Below are positions 59,101 to 64,000 of a stretch of DNA of 64,000 nt, piece after piece. Position 1 is the stretch's first letter. Each line of letters begins with the position of its first letter. A program made the translations under genes and the position numbers. Below the pieces are notes generated by a model. The model did no database searches, was not told the origin of the DNA, and was given only the letters and a program-made list of their open reading frames with translations. Source of the stretch: an uncultured virus (IMG/VR IMGVR_UViG_3300030099_002957) (Duplodnaviria > Heunggongvirae > Uroviricota > Caudoviricetes); IMG/VR virus record IMGVR_UViG_3300030099_002957; one strand, 5' to 3'.

Positions 59101-59787
59101 TTACAACCGTATGATGTAGATCTATTAGCAGATTCTTTTATGGAACTAAAAGAAATAAATCCAAAGCTTGCAGAAGATCTTATAGTATTTAGTGTACTAC
59201 AATCTGGATACGAGTTTAATCCTAACTCATTCTTCCAGATTATACCTGGTACAGAAGCATTAGAGTTTTTATCTAAATACTTTGCAACAAATAAAAAAGA
59301 AGATAGAACTAGTAACATATTGTATAAAGGTAATATGGAAAACTTATGGCAAGATTTTCATAGAAACTATTACTCAGATAATAAGGTTGTTCCTAATGTA
59401 TACAGAAGCAGTGTTAAGCTGTCTAAGCAAACCGGAAACCCGTTTGTAATATTAAATAGATCAGACCAATACATATCAGTTACAAGTCCTAAAGGAATAG
59501 AACGTGTAGGTAACAGGGAGATTAAAACATACAACACACAATTGTTTAAGGCAAATAAATTTTTAGAAAATGGTAAAACTTTGTATATTGCGGATTCTAC
59601 AAAAGGTGTTAAAAATAATTTAATAGAAGCTACTGGAGAGAATAGTACGGTAGTAAATAGAAATATAGTGTATCTATCTGAAGACATAGCAGCATCAGAA
59701 CCAGAAGTAGTTAATACTGTTCTAGACCTAAAAGCAAACACAGGTAAAGAGATAAATGATGTTATTGAAGACAAAAAATGTAAATAA
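47167..59787 (+). CDS. Virion RNA polymerase polyprotein (4206 aa; membrane/coiled-coil N-region, zincin domain, double-psi-barrel RNAP)
   Basis: GFRIPTEG and catalytic GSDYDIDK (DYDIDK at 57595-57612); HKYALFP..FESAVKVG; HEAFH..EWLAEEF (HEAFH at 53626-53640). Confidence 0.92.
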   Translation: MKEKKETGGLDNTDLIQPGDQTLDANNLINTVQREPGIQGNLLESLTKLQYINNPSFAPIDTKLKKGEFEEYDRLIDGPFSLMDSSVDDRRASGQGLGEKLWNSYGVKLAPKIGTHVVGSTIGLLNGFAEVGMDLYENGPAASNWNKFFNNDFQRSLDDFNKSLDEKFPAYYTSQERDLGFWQSIIGPGAANFWTDQFSQGLSFVAGAVLAEYATGGLATAIIPAKTANTLKRISALRNTAYAQKSTAALNALNKISRADRIYDGLTTGRRLLTGAFYEAGVEARHNYDSVVQGLTEQHIKDKGMPPTNEEMAKIKNIATQVSNGVFAGNAALVGYSNMLLFPKIFGSGMKANKSFKGKIMKDDKGVYKAKHQDWGGFRTWTHRNIYGKGAWGRYAAYEGMVEEGGQKTLDLAGQYAASDMYTSSKNPSQMEAIGGIMNNIHDGMADAYSSTEGQKEIFLGFVLAAVGLPSFVKTNEKGEKQYGFFYGRAGGVKDYLKQYAESRKEVEDLVKYMNENPDALKAIKENFDMLNDISTAEDKRDYADASNNDFAYKNADHDAFFAFVFSRLRSGYYGDVADTINDIRNMDDDTFETMFKYEEQTKNMSEKERKEFLNKRKTKVADSHLERAEKIKKIYESLDNTKLGDKAKKMMAQALSTTADLDAREQKLIQELEEQGGFTLTAVVNREESDSQANQNILQRVAEFTMEKLGLKGKDIMENSETGKTVKKEVGIKEFTTPGSPAFVAHRMILKLKSLKKQREIYEENDQVDEYIEITEKIESLEDELAELQKAISQGIAPNISEEEKQILEEYKKKDPVGYEMNKEEMITKLQDLRRIRAKRHQMLNLVQQMIDPAAAEDTIQGFEEIVNDILTEEERKSLPPEEQRLARKYKGKIIEFDYTDKNGNTRRHRVLVKDTSTKGLVKLPKEETFKLLQRQKDLNNKAVKTPDDLAELELIAEELKQGNHITGLDHFNFNILEKAADIKIMTEQELLLNQLEAVTSVIQEGIGEDIANATEALAQSKEMLLNIARQVRDIKKAIRNAKSDTRGRTYVNLNSIGRKGAFSIATAQSMIAELIIQEQVYKQQLKDFTERVNALQENALRIQAIHTALTNPQIVSDFLNRNATREEIYGFIDDMLGLTSLEEFNKQLGESGFFNINELTELIGTKNKEGGYDVDNQLLQDFLDLAGQDNISKDYLDLMNSELANFRKELELLTQHRQDIERIINKMVDPATGQAIMFPEEGLTQDDLIYLQAQLRLVNEDLATIQSIIDMMEAEVDQGISDAVNSDVIQQRRIATNTAQQILDTFNEYQQWLMSTQLDPAEEAKLDSGETVTTLEDLSSLSEYETRYSPSFTDVGWTKTSGNHSAALDRWRNVYKPLVDSGKELTKAEQLELQHIMSQLRFFRKTYDIVDYSKTKGARLQIVTRYNIRPEWKDKIVFFDIAQAEKTGRYDDESNFKYVDDLTPNETKTKEKPRYSDNKVPVKRETFTQTLDDGTIIKYRAITRLDGSVYFQAIKEGESDFSATSKKLDIKAGENITPKQVLENLEPTSTVTLDKTEGYKSVMREQMFDRLTQEQKERVDPTRAAKTKTSEVQRDETLEDIKLLLVDANGQPILVDGEFAYTNMNSSSTVNSKGEFKGDKRVDLDANGNLVEDVRIAQESFINERNKILSDNQERFFYIKSKSQGMPIPQGQSFGDVKSSVMGRLKINKGGRFVVVNKEEDLKDLKLELALPTEGVKGPNQKVTLFNDRFIVTSRFVYFGTPSRGYNNSLNLVPGLISRLSENQVNNIYNLSRYFAENATEAGINLGGKGFTTILKDQIMYGSRSQERVRQEFAIYMKDDTIYFGENGSITLEQLKDPAKFEDKHEEYKSFLRTLYFNVNATQLKKDKQARKDALDRKRATKQTGFVAPEYTPFIEVLVRDDLSVETVEYDNYTHYLTSERNRELEDIPVRVDMPLAFNPSKSVNQAEFPQFMNIYLNHYNQSFTKDNGDNQKADSQQTNPDQIGDSPFTQSTELELGKSSTLTYVDPQTGEVKTLQVVNTDIEDKDRIEVNTSKAQGPTLEEQTGGAFSDISNEDPDDVFFLESMQQPAPFDLNEELEWFNANMPKDKNGNPLVGIDLIRGLIDGKGLGKFTKDGNILLSDLLTTPGIVYHEAFHAITRKFMSPAERAQLYAEVRGMRGSTKTFKGDTKKMSELSDKEADEWLAEEFREYVLADGNYKVGSRVKKSLIDRIFDKIYAALNFFVNNQSQVETLMSRINSGYFSNPTTDVTIYDVKEGAYYEGSKLTATMKNNVMEGMTVLLFNKALRNNQFTLDDFVGGNPITELMYGGFGIGNTVYTEIERTLRKAIQLNPQAEEKLTNTMLAIKNNWQELKEDHKKYLERFKVEVTDEQNENDRVREQFGKPQNEIDPSVYLPKAVRLLFATLPKSRLLDPKDPNSKRVMDMNEHGLPKLVDFGSIMNFMYKEMANTDPLDFMKNLDMLANKRPELRSAWNRLGMHQDLSDKSSNQIKLIIQTMMQFDQSNNKFYTQLMTRDNSRVLVDSNQNRVEDKVRFMWSANFKDNIQNYRGLGKDVNGELILNEKAKVKVGAKEKTFKGWGTTRKTPDEALQVLDRLGIQFTDPDLFAALYVEEFSGVSEAVNFVLQEVYNKPVSDIFKGNIQRNLRTLIDIEASSNPLAVDAQHVNPEGKIVHGVNLKTYADVLVSKLNGSKGRVEIENLLKHDNLVNSHYLNTMLERGETMQVVVLEGVQQQFGRGKPLSRTGPVDIGVMYVNSVLSNGIIPLLRTADKKTEFGIQFSAPTLALSRDEMLTRLQGYLSDELRVASKFNSRRNSKLRRVDKLKDNGGNLRFFAGIVPSLPRSEYNKKLSESKILELVNREDVVEDLKTYLANEVEKTTNTLTQYNIAPAGIDSSLMDIAMQRAVLTGQRPAQIIGEQFTYEYMTGIIEQSKLLLGDFALYGQDLFKRTSGISGTKTYPTSDPEILEWMNTNMPNSLSNKDHSNMLRVSNRAAVQVEAPYLDQYIDTLTALGAPLDFLDVVRRTYSDMEEFDGGGFITLDAYRSLTYRTGKWTAAQEDFYQKVVEGEPIAPEDMAIIPPIKPQLFGPQVIDGSRLMTFHKYALFPIIPGLLPGTNFEAINNDMINNDIDYMIFESAVKVGGIKEGQEYDPFYIEADDFSVYKPMSVDESGEVVGLQELAFSDLGIQVETAPKTKQETSEGSQLRSLLPINIYDNGNVAEEYADLESVIDDYHAINNALVSKDLNSLLNKLKLVKDESGMYKLKSNDLEEFKKVLIEEFKKRDNPVHTVKSIERLLDSDTKFIEQLFEKNKIENLLFSLVNNNVLKRKMPGGQFVLQAATGFEASLKALKQEDFDRARELGLDLDDVKLKPLKFYRKEDPNNPNSKTLAMQVYLPSRFQGIVDVNDSNLDSELLQLIGFRIPTEGPNSVDFIEVAGFLPKSFGDTVVVPSEIVGKAGSDYDIDKLNIYFLNSTRVGGKLQSVQFDPNKSIESQSKKALQNELQRIIKKVLEHPASFDQLISPVGAYKIKDLAKDVAILRNPKNFDSEGNRIKKPLSEMFGLENMINTSHRLFSGLGGIGIVATSSTQHAKGQRPGLNWNFTEHDDIRFRFEGLEPFSLSRVRDVNNGNKISSIIGEYVTGYVDVTKEDFIFDINAGIDYAPLHMLLVRSGVPVDQVIYFMSQPIIDEYISEKNLNSPLYAPYPLKTDTEIVSELKKRYGGQASNANLNAELLRGMIGRGVFGRNDLSNVEKQIQVQVLEDFKVYQSLAEDLLLLKDATSVDTSLLNNGMAIRYLVQSINTLEQEGRFVNLDELLYGNDEGASTVAGFTKVLMESDGLFADFKLSEYITDAKEFIDNKLFENVDKNVRVKSEDIIYKMKKFENFLATSVVQSTPWDYKKLHERTKELFTGENSLPRRINNLKRTGQYSQNLLMQELTPVLQVYTQESNESSVDGLKLFTKKLQPYDVDLLADSFMELKEINPKLAEDLIVFSVLQSGYEFNPNSFFQIIPGTEALEFLSKYFATNKKEDRTSNILYKGNMENLWQDFHRNYYSDNKVVPNVYRSSVKLSKQTGNPFVILNRSDQYISVTSPKGIERVGNREIKTYNTQLFKANKFLENGKTLYIADSTKGVKNNLIEATGENSTVVNRNIVYLSEDIAASEPEVVNTVLDLKANTGKEINDVIEDKKCK

Positions 59788-62700
59788 TGGCTTGTAATAT
59801 AATAAGAAATGAAAACGGAAAATTAGTAAATGTTACTGCAGAAAATGGTAACAACTCTAAACTGTTTAGAGATATAGTTAAATTAGGTTACGATAAAGAA
59901 ACTGCTCTAAAAAAATGGGCTAATACATATACACCTACATTTAGACAATGGTTTGGAGAAGGTGTAGTAGATTCTAATGGTGAGCCTATGATAAGTATAA
60001 TAGATAACCAGCCAGTGTTTACAGCTGACGACAATACAACAAAGCACGCTACAGAAAACTTAGGGACATACATATCTAAAAAAGATCCTAGTCCACTATT
60101 AAATTCTATAAAAAGAAGATTTGATTTAGTTAAAACAGACGGAACTGTAAAAAATATTTCTCCATCTAGAGATATATTTGCAATAAAAGATGCTATAGAA
60201 AAACAATATCCAGGTGTTAGAGCTTTTATATTAAAAGATGTAGGTGGTGATTTTATTAAACTAGATGTTACACCGCACCTTGATGTAGATAATATATATC
60301 ATCAGGTGCAAGCAGAACAAATGCTAGAAAGAGATAGACAGGTTGATAGGGCAATGAATCAGTTCTTTAGATCTCTAGGTATTAGGCTTAGAGAGGTAGA
60401 CAGTATAAAAAATAGTAAAGGAGAGACTGTAAATGCTGTTGCTTTAGCAGACATGGTTAACAAAATTGTACAGGTTGCTACAAATAAATCTGGTATAGAT
60501 ACATTACCAGAAGAGGCTGCACACTTTATAGTTGAGTTATTAAGAGTAGAGGGCAGCCCGCTATTTCAAGCAATGATGAATAACATAACAGGTTACAAAG
60601 TATACAGAGATGTTGTTGAGAATGACACATACCAAGAATTATATAAAGGAGATGTAAACAAACTTAAACAGGAAGCTATAGGTAAACTTATAGCTAAGCA
60701 TATAATAAATAATATAAAAGGTGAGCCAGTTGTTAAAATAGTTAGAGCACAAACTTGGTTTGACAGAGTTCTTGAATTTCTAAAACAGGTATTTGGAAGA
60801 GTGCAATCAGATCCTTTTGCTGAAGCATCGCTTCTTGCACTGAATGATTCTATTAATGACTATATAGATACAGAAAGAGGTATAGGAAATATAGAGGGTG
60901 AGTATTATCAGGTAGAACCTACAAAAAGAAACGAACCTAAAGATGTAACTAAGCCTATATTAGAAAAGCTTAATCAAGAAAATGAAAACTGGTCTACAGA
61001 GTCTATGAGTTTAGAAGAGGCAGGACTAAAACAGCCATGGTTTGTAGAAGAGGGTAATGAGACAGAAAGATATGTAGGTAAAAAGAGTGGTCCTTATGCA
61101 GGTAAGTTCTTAAAAGGAAGAGTATCTGACGAAGTTAAAAAACATTTCTATAAAATAAATAGAGGTAAGATTAGAGATCTGAGCGGTAAAGAGAAGCAGT
61201 TGCGTTTAGATAATAATGAGATGCGTAAAATGGTTGGTACAATGGGCCACAAAGTGTTACAGGATTTAGTAGATCTATATGCAAACAGAAAAGGTAATAG
61301 ACAACAGATATTAAATAACTCCTTGTTTACTGCAGCACAATTCCAGGTTTTAGAAAACGGAGTAAAAGACATTATATCTAAGATCAGAGCACAACAAAAA
61401 GCAATTGACCCAGAAGGTAAAGTTGTTATAAGAACTGAGCAGATGACTGTAAACAGAGCAGAAGATACCGGGGGAAGCATTGACTTGATGGCATTATTTA
61501 GCGATGGTAGTGCGTCTATATATGATTACAAATTTATATCACCATCTAAATATTCTGGATATGTAGATAAGATGACTAATAGAATAGTAGAGGACCCACA
61601 CTCAGTTAAGATGCAGACTTACGACATGCAAATATCACAGTATAAAAACCACCTACTAGATAACTATGGAGTTACACAGGTAAGGCAATCTAGAATTGTA
61701 CCTATACACATAAGATTTAAAACTACTAATGATGGTAAAATTACAAACCAAATTAGTGTAGTACAAATGGGTACAAAGTACAGTGAGTTCTTGGAACAAT
61801 TACCCGTAGCAGAGGAGATGACTAACTTTGATGATATAAATAAAATAATTAAAAAATTAATATCACGTAAAGAGTTGGTAGACAGACAGTTACAGACTAA
61901 AAAATATAAAGCAGGTAATACTTTTGAGTCATTGAAAGCAAGACAGGCGCAGATAACAAAACAACTAAGAGTATTACAAATAGATCAGGATGTTGCATAT
62001 ATAGTTAAGTCTTTAAAAAATGACATAGAAACTATAAACCAAAGATTGGGGGAGAACATAGATGTATTAAAAGATGGTAGTCCTAACCCAAACTACTTAT
62101 CAGACATAGATCTAAATGAGTTGTTAAAAGATTTGACTTTCTATCAATCAATTGTAGAGCTACATGATTATGTAGATTACATGAAAAATACCAATAAAGA
62201 GAAGTATGAAGAGTATAGAGTGTTAAGAGATAGATTAGCAGGGTTTTTAGCACAAACAATAACACAGGTAGAAGGTAAGATATTAGAAAGAATAAACGAC
62301 AAGGCAATGGAGAGGGGTGTACAGGGTATAAAAAGCTTTAACGTTGATGTAAATTGGATGACCTCTAACTTTGTAAACCTATCTAAACAAAATAATCCCT
62401 ACCTAAGAAATCTATGGGAGATAATGGATGAGCTTAATTTTACTAAACGTAAACTAGTAAAAAATAAAGCTGAAGAAATACAAAGAGTGCAAGATGCGTT
62501 TGTAGGTAACCGTGGTATAAAAGCTTTTGATGATATACTAAACGAAGACGGAACATTTAAATCTAAATTCTCTAAAGAGTTTTATGCGGCAAGATCTAAA
62601 GCACTACAAAGCGGAGACTATACTTGGTTTAATTTGGAAAATGGTAATGTAGTTATAGACGAAAATTATTATAAAAAGAAATACAAAGAGTTTAGAGCAG

Positions 62701-64000
62701 GCAAACTAAAAGCTTTACAGGCAAAGTTTAAAGACAATCAAGCAGCAATAAATAGAGAAATAAAAAAATGGGAACTAGCACATGATGTAAAGAACCACAT
62801 GAATACAGCTGCAATAAACAAAGGAGGTCAGTACTTTTTGAGGCCAGCAGAAAAATGGATAAGTGAGGATTATAAGAAAATACAAAACACACCAGAAATA
62901 AAAGAATTTTATGATTTGTATATGAAAACCGTACAAGAGGTAGAAGAAATGTATGGTGAAAGATTGGGACCTAACTTTACAGCTGAGGTTCATAAAGGAT
63001 TTGTTGAGTCTGCATATGTTAATGGAACTATAAGTGAAGGTATTGATAGCGGTATAGAACATTTACAAATTAGAGAACATGATTTAACATATGGTATAAG
63101 AGACGAAAATACAGGGAGACTAGTAAAACAAATACCTAAACTATATATAAGACCTATAAGAGATAAAAATGGTAATATAGACCCATCATTAAAAACTAGA
63201 GATTTAGGTAAAGGGCTTTTGTTATTATATAATGCAGCTGTAGATTACCAACTTAAATCACAGGTTCTACCAGAAATACAAGGTATGGAAGCTATACTTA
63301 GCAGTAAAAAAGCAATTGAGGTAGAGTCTACAGATAGTTTTGGTAACATTTTAACTAACGCTAAAAACATATATAAAAAATATTCAGAGCAACCAGAAAA
63401 CTTATATAAAACGTATCAAAGATTTGTAGATGCATACATATATGGTACAGAATTAGACTCTAAAGATCTTAAGATAGGAAGTAAAAGTATTAGCCTAAGT
63501 AGTCAAAAGTCTATATTAGGATTAAAAAACTTACACTCGATCACACAATTAGGTCTTAAAGCTCCCGTAGCATTTGGAGCGTTTATAGCTGGTATGGTTG
63601 GTTTACAGTACGAAGCATCTAAAGGATCTTTTATAACTAAAAAGAATTTAAACAAAGCTAGAGCAGCACTTATAAAAGCAGACCCTAAAATGAGAGCTTT
63701 AGTAGAACATTTAGAATACTACCAAAAAGATGATGCAGAGTCTAGAGCACAGAGGTTGTCAGCTCAGTATGCAACAAGACATTTAACAAATGACAAGTGG
63801 TTTGCATTTTTATCTACAGCTGATAGAGGTATAGATGCTATAGCAATATACGCAACAGCTTTAAATATGGGTGTTGATGAAAATGGAAATGTAAAAAGAT
63901 TAGAGTTTTTACCTGAAGGATCTAAAAACATTGTAGAATTAATGGAACTTACAGAAAATCCATTATGGAGAGGAACCACAACTAATGTAGCAGATGCGGC
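59787..64000 (+). CDS. Giant RNAP-associated virion protein, partial (>1400 aa, runs off the window) with a PD-(D/E)xK nuclease-like domain
   Basis: TAATG-coupled ATG at 59787 (MACNIIRNENG..); same frame readable at the window end; LPEEAAHF (60504-60527), GTMGH..GGSIDL..IYDYKF (61470-61535)..QISQY. Confidence 0.85.
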   Translation, partial: MACNIIRNENGKLVNVTAENGNNSKLFRDIVKLGYDKETALKKWANTYTPTFRQWFGEGVVDSNGEPMISIIDNQPVFTADDNTTKHATENLGTYISKKDPSPLLNSIKRRFDLVKTDGTVKNISPSRDIFAIKDAIEKQYPGVRAFILKDVGGDFIKLDVTPHLDVDNIYHQVQAEQMLERDRQVDRAMNQFFRSLGIRLREVDSIKNSKGETVNAVALADMVNKIVQVATNKSGIDTLPEEAAHFIVELLRVEGSPLFQAMMNNITGYKVYRDVVENDTYQELYKGDVNKLKQEAIGKLIAKHIINNIKGEPVVKIVRAQTWFDRVLEFLKQVFGRVQSDPFAEASLLALNDSINDYIDTERGIGNIEGEYYQVEPTKRNEPKDVTKPILEKLNQENENWSTESMSLEEAGLKQPWFVEEGNETERYVGKKSGPYAGKFLKGRVSDEVKKHFYKINRGKIRDLSGKEKQLRLDNNEMRKMVGTMGHKVLQDLVDLYANRKGNRQQILNNSLFTAAQFQVLENGVKDIISKIRAQQKAIDPEGKVVIRTEQMTVNRAEDTGGSIDLMALFSDGSASIYDYKFISPSKYSGYVDKMTNRIVEDPHSVKMQTYDMQISQYKNHLLDNYGVTQVRQSRIVPIHIRFKTTNDGKITNQISVVQMGTKYSEFLEQLPVAEEMTNFDDINKIIKKLISRKELVDRQLQTKKYKAGNTFESLKARQAQITKQLRVLQIDQDVAYIVKSLKNDIETINQRLGENIDVLKDGSPNPNYLSDIDLNELLKDLTFYQSIVELHDYVDYMKNTNKEKYEEYRVLRDRLAGFLAQTITQVEGKILERINDKAMERGVQGIKSFNVDVNWMTSNFVNLSKQNNPYLRNLWEIMDELNFTKRKLVKNKAEEIQRVQDAFVGNRGIKAFDDILNEDGTFKSKFSKEFYAARSKALQSGDYTWFNLENGNVVIDENYYKKKYKEFRAGKLKALQAKFKDNQAAINREIKKWELAHDVKNHMNTAAINKGGQYFLRPAEKWISEDYKKIQNTPEIKEFYDLYMKTVQEVEEMYGERLGPNFTAEVHKGFVESAYVNGTISEGIDSGIEHLQIREHDLTYGIRDENTGRLVKQIPKLYIRPIRDKNGNIDPSLKTRDLGKGLLLLYNAAVDYQLKSQVLPEIQGMEAILSSKKAIEVESTDSFGNILTNAKNIYKKYSEQPENLYKTYQRFVDAYIYGTELDSKDLKIGSKSISLSSQKSILGLKNLHSITQLGLKAPVAFGAFIAGMVGLQYEASKGSFITKKNLNKARAALIKADPKMRALVEHLEYYQKDDAESRAQRLSAQYATRHLTNDKWFAFLSTADRGIDAIAIYATALNMGVDENGNVKRLEFLPEGSKNIVELMELTENPLWRGTTTNVADA

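Noticed and set aside
3447..59787. Stop-codon reassignment (TAG or TGA) as in some gut crAss-like phages
   Set aside because: Core genes up to 4206 aa are intact in code 11, and TAG (5748) and TGA (26168) appear to end genes
766..63979. Numerous minus-strand and alternate-frame ORFs of 60-170 aa
   Set aside because: All lie within or overlap long + strand genes and show antisense-shadow composition (Ser/Leu/Phe-rich) without recognisable motifs

Overview
This window is a 64-kb segment of an AT-rich crAss-like (Crassvirales-type) phage genome, probably infecting an aquatic Bacteroidota (Flavobacteriia). The host inference rests on TAnnTTTG promoters, a T9SS-type C-terminal sorting signal and SprB-like repeats. 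Almost everything is on the + strand in standard code 11. The order is: a divergent regulatory region with a candidate structured ncRNA, groES, small DNA-binding genes, terminase large subunit, a SET-domain gene, portal, a modular 857-aa protein, scaffold, major capsid protein, ring/auxiliary capsid/tail-hub genes and Cys-rich tail proteins. Next come a five-gene cassette of host-envelope-targeted proteins, an M15 endolysin and holin, very basic Lys/Arg-rich proteins, tail tube and muzzle genes, and ejected cargo proteins. The window ends with a 4206-aa virion RNA polymerase polyprotein and a second giant ORF (59787 to the window end) that the ORF track missed. The most interesting unexplained signals are: (i) a recurrent hydrophobic/basic-x-x-Gly-Gly motif concentrated in putative head-internal proteins; (ii) the envelope/T9SS cassette; (iii) the ~230-nt promoter-driven structured non-coding segment; (iv) a bipartite late-promoter motif; (v) a SET methyltransferase alongside histone-tail-like KKGG proteins. 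All product calls come from motif recognition and gene order; no database searches were run.
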